This document shows, one piece after another, positions 24,258 through 34,428 of a DNA stretch of 60,252 bases. How positions within the stretch are numbered: the stretch's first letter is position 1; every line of letters begins with the position of its first letter. The DNA is from an uncultured Gammaproteobacteria bacterium. GTDB lineage: Bacteria > Patescibacteriota > Patescibacteriia > CAIXNZ01. Location of the stretch: the NCBI GenBank assembly GCA_964400885.1, contig CAYNWH010000007.1, positions 1 to 60,252 on the forward strand. The letters are read 5' to 3'. The translations under genes and the position numbers were made by a program. A model generated the notes under the pieces. That model ran no database searches and was not told the DNA's origin. It saw only the letters and a program-made list of their open reading frames with translations.

Positions 24258-25086
24258 ATAATTCCACTTTTTCAAATTTAATCCCTGAACCAAACCATTT
24301 TTCGCCTAATTGCTGATAATGTGGCGATAAATCAGTTACTTGAAATTTATATTGGGAATTTTTATCAAGTTTACTCTCAAGTTCCGAATGCCTTTGTAAA
24401 TAATCAGCCAAAGATTCAGCCACTATTTCACCGGAATTTAAAACTTTGACACTTTTACCCATTACACCCTGAATTTCTTTTAGCAAAATCGGATAATGAG
24501 TACAGCCTAAAATCAAAGTGTCAATTTTAGCGTTTTTAAAAGGCTTTAAATATTTGCGCAAAACTTTTTTAGTTATATCAGATTTTTGCCAGCCTTCTTC
24601 CACTAAAGGCACCAGTAAAGGTGTTGCCTGCTGCAAAACTTCTAATTGCGGATTTAGTTTGGCAATTTCACGAATATAAGCCTGAGAGTTTATTGTTGAT
24701 TTAGTGCCAATCACGCCGATTTTCTTTTTTGCAACTTTAACAGCATCTTCAACCACTGGTCTAATCACACCCAAAACCCGGCGATCAGGAAAGTTTTGTG
24801 GCAGCCATTCTTGCTGAATTTTACGCAAAGCCTCAGATGAAGCAGTATTGCAGGCTAAAATAACCAATTGGCAATCTTGTTTAAATAAAAAATCAACTGC
24901 CTGCTTAGCAAATTGATAAATTACTTCCTGCGACCGGTTGCCATAAGGCGTCCGTGCATTATCACCTAAGTAAATGTAATCATATTGCGGCAGTTTTTTG
25001 ATTAACTCTTTTAAAATAATCAAACCGCCCAAGCCTGAATCAAATATGCCGACTTTTCCGCCTCTGCCAGTCATATTAATAATCAT
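24256..25086 (-). CDS. murI: glutamate racemase
   Basis: IGIFDSGLGG, LACNTAS and LGCTHYP motifs carrying the two catalytic Cys. Confidence 0.9.
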   Translation of the reverse strand: MIINMTGRGGKVGIFDSGLGGLIILKELIKKLPQYDYIYLGDNARTPYGNRSQEVIYQFAKQAVDFLFKQDCQLVILACNTASSEALRKIQQEWLPQNFPDRRVLGVIRPVVEDAVKVAKKKIGVIGTKSTINSQAYIREIAKLNPQLEVLQQATPLLVPLVEEGWQKSDITKKVLRKYLKPFKNAKIDTLILGCTHYPILLKEIQGVMGKSVKVLNSGEIVAESLADYLQRHSELESKLDKNSQYKFQVTDLSPHYQQLGEKWFGSGIKFEKVEL

Positions 25087-25110
25087 AATTTAAAATTATT
25101 TACTGCTGCT

Positions 25111-25139
25111 ATTATACGAAATTTGCGTAAAAAAGACAA
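25111..25139 (-). promoter_or_regulatory. promoter TTGTCT-17-TATAAT (murI)
   Basis: Minus strand, about 25 nt upstream of the murI ATG. Confidence 0.4.
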
Positions 25140-25168
25140 AAGAGATTAACTTGCGCCAACCTCTTTTA
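25128..25168 (-). terminator. hairpin AAAGAG..CTCTTT + T-run after the 82-aa gene
   Basis: Minus strand. Overlaps the murI -35 box. Confidence 0.35.
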
Positions 25169-25185
25169 TTTACCCTTATTAAGCC

Positions 25186-25434
25186 TTAGGGATGAAACAT
25201 AGAATAAACATCAAAGAACCTTTGCAAAAACATTAAGATAGGAATTACTGCTAGAAAACCCCACCCAATGCTCAAAAGTATGCATCCTGTCTTTGCATGA
25301 TACAAAGAATCCTTTATTGCTTGCTCACTATAGTCACTTAGAGTAACAACTGCACTACGGATAAAATTGTGTATGCCTAATAATCCAAAAGTAACGCCTA
25401 AAACCCCAGTGAATGTGCCGAGTGTCATACTCAC
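25186..25434 (-). CDS. small membrane protein (82 aa), unknown function; stand-alone transcription unit
   Basis: Two hydrophobic segments, a TTGACA-17-TATATT promoter at 25456-25484 and a hairpin downstream. Somewhat GC-richer than its neighbours. Confidence 0.45.
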   Translation of the reverse strand: MSMTLGTFTGVLGVTFGLLGIHNFIRSAVVTLSDYSEQAIKDSLYHAKTGCILLSIGWGFLAVIPILMFLQRFFDVYSMFHP

Positions 25435-25455
25435 CCTCCTTTATGTTAATGCCTC

Positions 25456-25484
25456 AATATATCAAAAAAATAAAAATCTGTCAA
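25456..25484 (-). promoter_or_regulatory. promoter TTGACA-17-TATATT (82-aa membrane protein)
   Basis: Minus strand. Confidence 0.5.
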
Positions 25485-25527
25485 CAAACAATCAAGAATT
25501 GATGGTCTGCTTTAAAAGCTATTAAAT

Positions 25528-26871
25528 TTATTTTATTATTTTTAATATTTCCTTAACCTTCGCATCCACCATTTCCTGTGTTTTTGCTTCCACATTCAAA
25601 CGAATCAAAGGTTCAGTATTTGATTTGCGCAAATTAAAACGCCAGTCTTTGAATTCCGCAGAAACTCCGTCAATATGCGAAATTTTGCCGTCTTTATATT
25701 TTTCTTCCGCATTTTTCAAAACAACATCTGGATCATTGACGTGCGTATTTATTTCGCCGGAAATAGGGTAATTTTTGCGGTAATAATCAGCAATTTCCGA
25801 CATTTTTTTCTTTTCCAGAGAAAGCATTTCCCAGATTAATAAAAAGGGAATCATGCCATTATCAGCGTAAAAATTATCTTTAAAATAATAATGCCCAGCA
25901 GTTTCACCGCCAAAAATAATATTTTTTTTCTTCATTGTATCTTTAATAAAAGCATGCCCGGGCTTATTAATAATTAACTGGCCATGCATTTTTTTAACTA
26001 CATCTCTAATAGCCCAGATTAAACGCACATCACATAAAATCTTTTGTTTAGGAAATTTACTTAAATAATGTTTGGCCAAAATTGCAGTAATATAATAGGC
26101 ATCAACAAAATCACCTTTTTCATCAAAGAAAAAACAGCGATCAGCATCAGCATCCCAGGCCACGCCCAAATCAACTTTTTCTTTTTTTACTAAATCTTCA
26201 ACTTCTTTTCTTCTTTCTGGAATCTTAGGGTCAGGCCGGCCTTTAGGAAAATTACCATCTGGCTGGAAATTTAATTCAGTAATCTCAATAGGTAAACCCT
26301 TTACCATTTTTTTCAAAACCTGGCCCGCCATGCCAAAATTGGCATCAGCTACAATTTTCATGGGCTTTAAATCTTTAGTATTTATAAAAGATAAACAATG
26401 GCTGACATAATCTGCCAAAATATCTTTTTTAATAATCTCCCCCTTTTCCGGCTCCATAATCTCTTCGCCCTTAAGAGCTTCTTTTTTAATTTCTAAAAGC
26501 CCAGTATCTTCAGAAATGGCAATTGCTTCCTCTCTCACAAACTTAATCCCATTATATTCCTTGGGATTATGAGAGGCAGAAATAGTCATGCCCCCGCCAT
26601 AACCGTAATAGGCCACGGCAAAATACATCATATCAGTAGAAACTGTGCCAATATCAATCACGTCATAACCAGCATTGGTTATGCCTTTGGCAGCAGACTG
26701 CCATAGACTGGGAGACGAAATACGGACATCTTTACCTAGAACAATTGCTCCTTGGGGCTTAAAAACCCTAAGATAAGCTTGGGCAATTTTATAAACTGCG
26801 TCTTCATTAATTTCATCGGGATAAATGCCCCTCACATCATAGGCATGAAAAATTTCTGGATTTAATTTCAT
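25528..26871 (-). CDS. phosphomannomutase/phosphoglucomutase family enzyme
   Basis: TISASHNPKEYNG active-site serine loop and the WDADADR metal-binding loop. Confidence 0.9.
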   Translation of the reverse strand: MKLNPEIFHAYDVRGIYPDEINEDAVYKIAQAYLRVFKPQGAIVLGKDVRISSPSLWQSAAKGITNAGYDVIDIGTVSTDMMYFAVAYYGYGGGMTISASHNPKEYNGIKFVREEAIAISEDTGLLEIKKEALKGEEIMEPEKGEIIKKDILADYVSHCLSFINTKDLKPMKIVADANFGMAGQVLKKMVKGLPIEITELNFQPDGNFPKGRPDPKIPERRKEVEDLVKKEKVDLGVAWDADADRCFFFDEKGDFVDAYYITAILAKHYLSKFPKQKILCDVRLIWAIRDVVKKMHGQLIINKPGHAFIKDTMKKKNIIFGGETAGHYYFKDNFYADNGMIPFLLIWEMLSLEKKKMSEIADYYRKNYPISGEINTHVNDPDVVLKNAEEKYKDGKISHIDGVSAEFKDWRFNLRKSNTEPLIRLNVEAKTQEMVDAKVKEILKIIK

Positions 26872-26958
26872 AAATTATGCTCTTTAAAAGTTTTTTTGGC
26901 TAATTTAAAAAGAATTTTACTTATTTGAATGCCTAAATTAAACGGTTAAACTGGCCCT

Positions 26959-26987
26959 TTGCAAAAAATAAAATTTTATATTATAAT
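26959..26987 (+). promoter_or_regulatory. promoter TTGCAA-17-TATAAT (lemA-htpX)
   Basis: Plus strand, in the divergent 175-nt spacer. Confidence 0.5.
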
Positions 26988-26998
26988 TAAAGTAATAA

Positions 26999-27018
26999 AT
27001 ATACTAATCTTAGTATAT
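26999..27018. promoter_or_regulatory. perfect 9+2+9 palindrome ATATACTAA-TC-TTAGTATAT between the lemA -10 box and start codon
   Basis: Read directly. Operator-like position. Confidence 0.4.
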
Positions 27019-27046
27019 AAAATTTAATTAATTAAAGCAAAAAATT

Positions 27047-27601
27047 ATGCCTATTTGGGGAATTATTTTAATTGTTGTTATTTTAATTATTATTTGGCTA
27101 ATTGCTGTTTATAACAGTTTAATCAAAAGCCGCAATCGAGTTGATGAAGCTTGGTCTGACATTGATGTCCAGCTCAAAAGAAGATATGACCTTATCCCTA
27201 ATTTAGTGGAAACAGTTAAAGCTTATGCCACCCATGAAAGAGAAGTTTTTCAAAAAGTCACTGAAGCCAGAGCCTCTGCCATGCAAGCCAAAGGAATAGA
27301 AGAAAAAGGCAAGGCAGAAAATATGCTCAGCAATACCTTAAAGTCTCTGTTTGCTGTGGCTGAAAATTATCCAGATTTAAAAGCTAGCCAAAACTTTTTA
27401 TCTTTGCAGGATGAATTAACAGATACAGAAAATAAAATTCAGGCATCCCGAAGATTTTATAATGGCAATGTGCGCGACTTTAACATTAAAATTCAAGTTT
27501 TCCCTAACAATATCATAGCTAGCATGTTAGGTTTTAAAAAATACGATTTCTTCCAGGTAGGAGAAGAAAAAGAAAAAGAAGCACCACACGTAAAATTCTA
27601 A
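27047..27601 (+). CDS. lemA: LemA family protein
   Basis: N-terminal TM segment plus the [27 protein letters not shown] LemA core. Confidence 0.9.
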   Translation: MPIWGIILIVVILIIIWLIAVYNSLIKSRNRVDEAWSDIDVQLKRRYDLIPNLVETVKAYATHEREVFQKVTEARASAMQAKGIEEKGKAENMLSNTLKSLFAVAENYPDLKASQNFLSLQDELTDTENKIQASRRFYNGNVRDFNIKIQVFPNNIIASMLGFKKYDFFQVGEEKEKEAPHVKF

Positions 27602-27603
27602 TT

Positions 27604-27671
27604 AGCAAATGGCAAATGACAATTAGCTAATGGGCTACTGACCATTTGCCATAAGCCATAAGCTATTTGCC
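27604..27671. repeat. heptamer array, variant words (GCAAATG / GCCATAA), with inverted halves
   Basis: GCAAATG GCAAATG ACAATTA GCTAATG GGCTACT GACCATT TGCCATA AGCCATA AGCTATT TGCC. GGCAAATG pairs with CATTTGCC. Confidence 0.7.
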
Positions 27672-27674
27672 GAA

Positions 27675-28559
27675 ATGTATCAACAAATAGATTCCAATAA
27701 ACGAAAAACCGTAATTTTAATAATGATCTTTATAGTCTTTGTTTTGTTTTTGGGCTGGCTTTATGGACAATTAACTGACACTGGCTATTTCGGTTTAGTT
27801 ATTGCCATTATTATTTCTTTAATCATGGGTCTATTTAGCTATTATGGCGGTGATAAATTGGCTTTAGCCACAGCCGGAGCCAAACCCATTACCAAGCAAG
27901 ATAATCCTTATGTTTATCGCCTGGTGGAAAATCTCTGTATCACAGCTGGTCTGTCTTTACCCAAAATTTATATAATCAATGATCCTGACATTAATGCTTT
28001 TGCTACTGGCCGTGATCCTCAGCATGCTTCCATTGCTGTGACTTCTGGTGCTATTGATAAACTGGAAAATGAAGAGCTGGAAGGCGTTCTGGCCCATGAA
28101 CTTTCCCATATTAAAAATTATGATATTCGCTTAATGATGGTCGTCATAGTTCTAGTAGGCATAATTGCCTTATTGGCAGACTTACTGATGCGCAATTTTC
28201 TTTGGGGCAAAGGCGATCGGGAAAAAAATCAATTTAGTGCAATTTTACTAGTTGTGGGCATTGTCTTGGCTATCCTATCCCCTTTAATTGCCCAAATAAT
28301 CCAGCTGGCTGTTTCACGCAAAAGAGAATATTTAGCTGATGCCGATGGCGCATTATTAACCCGCTATCCTCAAGGCCTGGCTAATGCTTTAGAAAAAATT
28401 GCTTTAACTAACAAACTGCCTTTAAAAAGAGCTAATAATGCTACGGCTCATTTATATATAGCTAATCCTTTTGGCCAGAGTAAAAGATTCTTAAGCAATC
28501 TTTTTTCCACCCATCCGCCTATTGAAGAGCGCATTGCTAAGCTTCGGCAAATGGCCTAA
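27675..28559 (+). CDS. htpX: zinc metalloprotease HtpX (M48)
   Basis: HELSHIKNYD (HExxH) between TM pairs, and a C-terminal STHPPIEERI motif. Confidence 0.9.
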   Translation: MYQQIDSNKRKTVILIMIFIVFVLFLGWLYGQLTDTGYFGLVIAIIISLIMGLFSYYGGDKLALATAGAKPITKQDNPYVYRLVENLCITAGLSLPKIYIINDPDINAFATGRDPQHASIAVTSGAIDKLENEELEGVLAHELSHIKNYDIRLMMVVIVLVGIIALLADLLMRNFLWGKGDREKNQFSAILLVVGIVLAILSPLIAQIIQLAVSRKREYLADADGALLTRYPQGLANALEKIALTNKLPLKRANNATAHLYIANPFGQSKRFLSNLFSTHPPIEERIAKLRQMA

Positions 28560-28599
28560 AGTTAATTCTCAATTCTCAATAAAAATTAATATTAAACCC

Positions 28600-29373
28600 A
28601 TGCCAAACAAACAAACAAAAATCAAGCCACTATCTTTAAGTAAGACTTTTTTAAATAGCGGCAAAATAATCAAGAAAACTTGGCCAGAATTACTGCTAAT
28701 TATCTTTATTGTAAGTTCTGTAGTAATTGCTGTCCTGTTTTTATTGATGCTAATTTATGTCTTACTGGTAAAATACAATGTACTCCAGGTAAGCTATTTC
28801 TTCACTTTTAATTTAATCTGGCAAACTTTATCTTACATAATATTTATGATCATTGCCGCCGTTGCTCAGATTATGATCATTCAGCAACTGCTGACTCCGG
28901 AAATGAAGTTTAACAATATTTTTAAATCAATAGCCACTCATTTCCTGCCTTTTTTCTGCTTAACAATCGCTATTAATCTAATCTTTCTGATTGCTAGCTT
29001 GCCTCTTTATATCTCTGTTTTTCTTTTTTTATTAAACAAAATTATTTTTTGCATTATCTCCTCAATTATCGGCATAATTCTAACCATACTTTTTGCCAGT
29101 TATTTTATTTTCAGCCCCTTTATCTTAATTGATGAAAAAAAATCCTGCCTCAGTTCCTTAAGAGCTTCTGTTTCTCTGGCTAATAAAAATCTCCCCAACC
29201 TTATTTACAAATTAATTATCCTGGCAATAATCTTTGTTATTCTCGATGGCTTTGCGCTGATTATTTTACCAGTGGCTTATGTGGGAAAAATTCTAGCTTC
29301 AATTATCTTTTTAATTATGATAATTTTTACCTTTGCTTATCTTCTCGCGCTTTATCAAGAATTTAAAGATTAA
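28600..29373 (+). CDS. polytopic membrane protein (257 aa), unknown function
   Basis: Start moved to MPNKQTK (ATG at 28600) to avoid overlap with htpX. At least six hydrophobic segments. Confidence 0.5.
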   Translation: MPNKQTKIKPLSLSKTFLNSGKIIKKTWPELLLIIFIVSSVVIAVLFLLMLIYVLLVKYNVLQVSYFFTFNLIWQTLSYIIFMIIAAVAQIMIIQQLLTPEMKFNNIFKSIATHFLPFFCLTIAINLIFLIASLPLYISVFLFLLNKIIFCIISSIIGIILTILFASYFIFSPFILIDEKKSCLSSLRASVSLANKNLPNLIYKLIILAIIFVILDGFALIILPVAYVGKILASIIFLIMIIFTFAYLLALYQEFKD

Positions 29374-29376
29374 CCA

Positions 29377-31827
29377 ATGTCAGAGAATATTTTAAAAAAT
29401 TTTTCAACTAATTATCGGGAAGTTTTAGTCAAATCAATTAATCTGGCTTGGCAATTAAAAATAAAAAATATCACGCCGGAATTTCTTTTATATGCTTTAA
29501 TTTTGCAAAAAGGCAGTATCGGCTCAGAAATTCTGCAAAAAGCTAATTTAAAAGAAGAAAAAATAAAACAACGGCTAAGTGCTTATACTCCTAAGCAAAA
29601 AAAGGATTTTATCCCGGTTTTTGCCCAGCAAACCTTAAGAATCATAGAAAAGTCAGCCAGTTTGGCCTATAGCCATAATCATCCTTACATTGCCACAGAG
29701 CATTTATTGCTGGCTTTGATTGAAAGCAAAAACCAAAATCTAGAAAAATCTTTAAAAGATCTTCAGCTCAATCAAAATTTTATAAAAAATCAATTACAAA
29801 TAATTTTTAACAGCACTTCGAAATTCCAAAATTTCACTTCTTCATTTGGCAACTTTAATCCCAATAATGATGAATTGATTGATATGTACCCCAGCCAAGC
29901 CAAAGGTTCTTTTTTGGAAGCTTTTACTACCGACCTAACAGATAAAAAAATCCAAAAAAATATTGATCCGATTATCGGACGAGAAAATGAAAATACACGC
30001 TTGATTGAAATCCTGATGCGACGCAATAAAAACAATCCTTTAATCTTGGGCGATCCAGGCGTTGGCAAAACTGCGCTAGTTGAAGGTCTGGCTAAAAAAA
30101 TCATTGAAGGCAATGTGCCGGAAATTCTGGCTAATAAAAAAATCCTGGCTTTGGATATTGCCTTAATTGTAGCTGGCACCATGTTTCGCGGCGAATTTGA
30201 AAACAGGATGAAGCAAATTTTAGAAGAAATAAAAAAAGATCCGAATATTATTATTTTTATTGATGAAATCCATAATATTATTGGCGCTGGCTCAACTCAA
30301 GGCTCAATGGATGTAGCCAATATTTTAAAACCAGCCCTGGCGCGCGGCGAAGTCAGATGTATTGGCGCCACGACTTTTGAGGAATATAAAAAACATTTAG
30401 AAGGTGATGCTGCTTTAGAGCGCAGATTCCAATTAATTAAGGTCCAGGAACCGACTGCCCAAGAAACAATTGCCATCCTCCAGGGCGTAAAAAACAATTA
30501 TGAACAATATCATAATGTGCAAATTACTGATGAAGCTATTGCAACAGCTGTTGACTTAAGCCATAAATATTTAACTGATCGTTTTTTCCCTGATAAAGCG
30601 CTTGATTTGCTTGATGAAGCTGCTTCCCGCTTAAAAATTTATCAAAAATTAAATCAAACGGTTCTAAAATTAAAAGAAGAGGAAAAAATGCTAGCCGACA
30701 TCCAAGCGGCTAAAGAAAAGGCGGTGATTGCAGAAAATTTTAAACAGGCAATTTTTCTAAAAAATCAGGAGAAAGAAAAGCTAGAACAAATCAATCAGCT
30801 AAAAATGGTTTTAAAAAATAAAGTTCAAAATCAGCCACAAATCAACAAAAATGAAATTTGCCAGACTGTAGCCAAAATAACTTCTATCCCGCTGGGGGAA
30901 TTATTACTAGAAGAAAAAGATAAATTTTTAAAATTAGAAAAAATATTAGCCAGAAAAATAGTCGGTCAAGATAAAGCTTTAAATATTTTAGCCCAGGCAG
31001 TCAGGCGTGCCAAGTCTGGCATCTCAGAACAAAACAAACCATTGGGTTCATTTATTTTTATTGGGCCCAGCGGCATTGGCAAAACCTATACGGCTAAAAT
31101 TTTAAGCCAAGTTTTATTTGATAAACCTGATGCTCTTATCAAAATTGACATGTCTGAATTTTCTGAAAAATTTAACATCTCCAAATTAATCGGCGCTCCG
31201 GCCGGCTATGTCGGCTACAAAGAAAGCGGCAAATTAACTGATGCAGTCAAAAGAAATCCCAATTCAATTGTCTTATTTGATGAAATAGAAAAAGCCCATC
31301 CTGATATTTTTAACTTGCTTTTGCAAATTCTTGATGAAGGTCATATCACTGATGCTGTGGGCAAAAAAATCAATTTTAAAAATACGATTATTATCATGAC
31401 TTCCAATTTGGGCACGGAAAAGCTCAACAAGCTAATTGGTTTTGATAAAGATAATCAGACTGAAGATGACTTAACACTAGAAGCAGAGGTTAAGAAATTC
31501 TTCCGGCCTGAATTCATTAACCGCTTGGATAAAATAATTATTTTTAACAAATTAACTGAAAAAGACTTAGCCAAAATTGCCAGAATTGAATTGGCCAAAT
31601 TGCAAGAAAGGCTGGAAAAGCAAAACATAAAGCTAGAATTTGAGCCTAAAATCATTGGCTATTTAATCAAAACAAATTATCGTGAAGATCAGGGTGCTCG
31701 TTTTATAAAGCAAAATATTGAAGAGCTGATTGCCAATCCTCTTTCAGAAAAGATTTTCCAATCAGCGGATCATAAAAATCTTAAAATAAAGATTAAAAAT
31801 AATAACTTAGAAATTACCAATGGCTGA
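29377..31827 (+). CDS. clpC: Clp/Hsp100 AAA+ chaperone, ClpC-like
   Basis: Clp N-domain repeats and two AAA+ modules (GDPGVGKT / IIFIDEIH; GPSGIGKT / [11 protein letters not shown]). Confidence 0.85.
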   Translation: MSENILKNFSTNYREVLVKSINLAWQLKIKNITPEFLLYALILQKGSIGSEILQKANLKEEKIKQRLSAYTPKQKKDFIPVFAQQTLRIIEKSASLAYSHNHPYIATEHLLLALIESKNQNLEKSLKDLQLNQNFIKNQLQIIFNSTSKFQNFTSSFGNFNPNNDELIDMYPSQAKGSFLEAFTTDLTDKKIQKNIDPIIGRENENTRLIEILMRRNKNNPLILGDPGVGKTALVEGLAKKIIEGNVPEILANKKILALDIALIVAGTMFRGEFENRMKQILEEIKKDPNIIIFIDEIHNIIGAGSTQGSMDVANILKPALARGEVRCIGATTFEEYKKHLEGDAALERRFQLIKVQEPTAQETIAILQGVKNNYEQYHNVQITDEAIATAVDLSHKYLTDRFFPDKALDLLDEAASRLKIYQKLNQTVLKLKEEEKMLADIQAAKEKAVIAENFKQAIFLKNQEKEKLEQINQLKMVLKNKVQNQPQINKNEICQTVAKITSIPLGELLLEEKDKFLKLEKILARKIVGQDKALNILAQAVRRAKSGISEQNKPLGSFIFIGPSGIGKTYTAKILSQVLFDKPDALIKIDMSEFSEKFNISKLIGAPAGYVGYKESGKLTDAVKRNPNSIVLFDEIEKAHPDIFNLLLQILDEGHITDAVGKKINFKNTIIIMTSNLGTEKLNKLIGFDKDNQTEDDLTLEAEVKKFFRPEFINRLDKIIIFNKLTEKDLAKIARIELAKLQERLEKQNIKLEFEPKIIGYLIKTNYREDQGARFIKQNIEELIANPLSEKIFQSADHKNLKIKIKNNNLEITNG

Positions 31828-32422
31828 AGTAACTGCACAAACTCTCCCTCCAGCACAGCAAGCACAAGCTGCCCGTGATTTGCGTCAAGATAAAAGACAG
31901 GCTCCGGCACCACAATCTAGGCTTGAAAGAGAAAAAGCTGATTTATCTAAAGAAACAGGCGCTGAAAAAAGTATGCGTTTAACAATTGAAAAAAGGGAAG
32001 CGCTCAAGAAAAAAGAAATGCAGCAAAAAGCCGAACGAGCAAAAGAGAAAGCCAAGTCAGACAAGCAAACTTTCGGGGAAATGGGCAAAAGTTTAACAGC
32101 CAAAGCCTTGAAATTTTCCTGGCTCAATGTCATTGATACTTATGGATTGACTTTGTTATATATTTATTTCCACTTTTTTGGCAAGTATGTTGTTAGTTCC
32201 AGCTATTTTGTGGATTTTGGCGAGGAGTGGACCTATGAGGTAAATAAAGATAGCGGTATTAAAACCAATGCCACTGCTGCTAAATACGGCGAAATTATTC
32301 TTTTAATTTTGGTTACTTGTTTGCTGATTCTTATAATTGCCATGATATTAGTCGCTATTTTACTGCCAGCAGTAGCTGTTATTGCTGCGGTATCATGGCT
32401 GAAAGGTATATTTGGTTTATAA
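31820..32422 (+). CDS. membrane protein with a Lys/Glu/Gln-rich N-terminal region (200 aa), unknown function
   Basis: The ATG overlaps the clpC stop (ATGGCTGA, 8-nt overlap). Low-complexity charged N-half and hydrophobic C-terminal segments. Confidence 0.5.
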   Translation: MAEVTAQTLPPAQQAQAARDLRQDKRQAPAPQSRLEREKADLSKETGAEKSMRLTIEKREALKKKEMQQKAERAKEKAKSDKQTFGEMGKSLTAKALKFSWLNVIDTYGLTLLYIYFHFFGKYVVSSSYFVDFGEEWTYEVNKDSGIKTNATAAKYGEIILLILVTCLLILIIAMILVAILLPAVAVIAAVSWLKGIFGL

Positions 32423-32455
32423 AAATTAAACTTAAATATTAAATAATTTAAAAAT

Positions 32456-33709
32456 ATGAATCCAAAATTAAAAAAAATCCTGATCATTATTGGTTTTATC
32501 ATTATAATTATCATAATCGGTCTGGCTATTTACTTTTTATTTTTTCAGCCCATAATAGCGCCGGCCCTGCCTCCTGTAGCGCCTGTCACGCCGCCGCCCA
32601 CTGGATTGCCGCCCATTGCCCCGGCTGCGCCTTTGAATCTGCCGCCAGCTATTAACTTGCCAACTGCTTTACCGCCTGAACTTTTAGTCCCGCCCACAGC
32701 AGCTGTACCTGGGCCAACAGTTTCTTATGAAGCCACGGGCGGCATAACTTCCTTTGGCACCCTGGAATCAGATCCTGTCAAAAACCCGGTTTTAGCAACT
32801 AATGGCCAAAATCTTGATTACTATGACGCGCAAACTGGTCTTTTCTATACTATCACTCCGGACGGACAAAAAACTCTGCTTTCTGATGCAGTTTTTAAAA
32901 ATGTAGACAATGTTACCTGGGCGCCTAATAATCAAAAAGCTATTTTAGAATATCCTGATGGTTCAAATATTGTTTATGATTTTGTCCAGAAAAAATCAGT
33001 CACCCTGCCTTCTCACTGGAAAGATTTTACGTTTTCCAATGACAGCAGCCAAATCGCTTTCAAAGATATGAGAATTGATCCTGCTGACAGATACTTGTCT
33101 GTCACTGACACTAATGGCAATGGCTATCGCCAGATTGAAAGATTAGGCGAAGAAGATGCCAATGTCCATATTTCCTGGGCGCCTAATGATAAATATGTCG
33201 CTTTATTTAACCAATCAGTCAGCGCTTCAACCAGCGAAGTTTATCCTATTGGCTTTAATGGTGAAAATTACCGCAAATTTACTGTAGAAGGCCGGGATTT
33301 TCGCTTTGACTGGTCACCAAGCGGTGATAAAATTATTTATAGCGTTTTTAATTCTGCCTCTGACTATAAACCATCATTATGGGTAGTCAATACCAGCCCT
33401 GATTTTCTAGCCACTGGCCGCAGTAAATTAGAAATTGATACCTGGGCTGATAAATGCACTTTTGCTTCAGAAGATACTGTTTATTGCGCTGTGCCCCAGA
33501 CACTGGATACTGGCTCTGGCTTTAGGCCGGATTTTGCTGATACCACTCCTGATGATATTTACAAAATAAATATTACTACTGGCGCTAAAGAATTAGTTGC
33601 TCAGCCGCTATTTCCTTCTACTATTGATAAATTAATTGTTAGCCAAGATAATAAAACTCTTTATTGGCTGGAAAAAAGCACTGGCCAAATTAAAAAAATG
33701 AATCTCTAA
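32456..33709 (+). CDS. membrane-anchored TolB-like beta-propeller protein
   Basis: N-terminal TM segment, a Pro-rich linker (PPVAPVTPPPTGLPPIAPAAP), then repeated W(A/S)P(N/S)..K...(Y/F) blades (WAPNNQKAIL, WAPNDKYVAL, WSPSGDKIIY). Confidence 0.55.
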   Translation: MNPKLKKILIIIGFIIIIIIIGLAIYFLFFQPIIAPALPPVAPVTPPPTGLPPIAPAAPLNLPPAINLPTALPPELLVPPTAAVPGPTVSYEATGGITSFGTLESDPVKNPVLATNGQNLDYYDAQTGLFYTITPDGQKTLLSDAVFKNVDNVTWAPNNQKAILEYPDGSNIVYDFVQKKSVTLPSHWKDFTFSNDSSQIAFKDMRIDPADRYLSVTDTNGNGYRQIERLGEEDANVHISWAPNDKYVALFNQSVSASTSEVYPIGFNGENYRKFTVEGRDFRFDWSPSGDKIIYSVFNSASDYKPSLWVVNTSPDFLATGRSKLEIDTWADKCTFASEDTVYCAVPQTLDTGSGFRPDFADTTPDDIYKINITTGAKELVAQPLFPSTIDKLIVSQDNKTLYWLEKSTGQIKKMNL

Positions 33710-33713
33710 CTTT

Positions 33714-34409
33714 ATGCCCACACCTTTAAAAAAAGAAAGCAAAAATAAACAAAAAATCTATTTTGTTTATTTCATTATTTTTTCGCTTGTCATTCTTATT
33801 ATTTTTGCAGTCATTATTATTGGCAGTTTCTGGGATTACTGGTCACAACTAGGCCGGATAGAAACTTTTTACAAAAACCAGGCCCTGCTTTTGACTCAAA
33901 AATCTCCGCAACTAAATGCTTATGATCCAACCACAGGCGATCCTCAAGCCAAGGTAACTGTTTTTGAATACAGCGACCTTTTTTGCACTGCTTGCCAAAC
34001 CCTTCAGCAAAATTTAAATGATCTGGAAAAATTTTATGGCAACAGAATAAGAATTGTTTTCAAAGGCCTGCCCATTACAATTAATCCGGAAAACAGGCCG
34101 GCTTTAATTGCTGCTTATTGCGCTGGCGAACAAAACCAATTCTGGGCTTATAAAGATTTGCTCTTTCAGGATCCCTTAACTTTAAATAAACAAAAATATT
34201 TAGAATATGCCCAGCAGCTAAATTTAAATCTTGATAATTTTAATAATTGCCTGGCCAGCCAAAGATATGACGCGCTTATTAACCAAAATTTAACTGATGC
34301 TTTGACTCTGCAAATCACTTCTGTCCCGACTGTTTATGTTAATAAGCAAAAGCTGGAAGGCTTTATTGATTATAATGGTTTAAAAAATCTTATAGACCAG
34401 CAACTTTGA
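33714..34409 (+). CDS. membrane-anchored DsbA-like thiol:disulfide oxidoreductase
   Basis: N-terminal TM anchor. Thioredoxin fold with the CxxC motif FCTACQ and the TSVPTVYV cis-Pro loop. Confidence 0.8.
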   Translation: MPTPLKKESKNKQKIYFVYFIIFSLVILIIFAVIIIGSFWDYWSQLGRIETFYKNQALLLTQKSPQLNAYDPTTGDPQAKVTVFEYSDLFCTACQTLQQNLNDLEKFYGNRIRIVFKGLPITINPENRPALIAAYCAGEQNQFWAYKDLLFQDPLTLNKQKYLEYAQQLNLNLDNFNNCLASQRYDALINQNLTDALTLQITSVPTVYVNKQKLEGFIDYNGLKNLIDQQL

Positions 34410-34428
34410 AATATTTAAAAATTTATTT

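Noticed and set aside
26872-27046. The divergent strand switch (all-minus genes to the left, plus-strand genes to the right) as a replication origin.
   Set aside because: No DnaA-box-like TTATCCACA words, and no dnaA or dnaN gene nearby. The orientation switches back only 12 kb later (about 38.8 kb). An ordinary divergent promoter region is the better reading.
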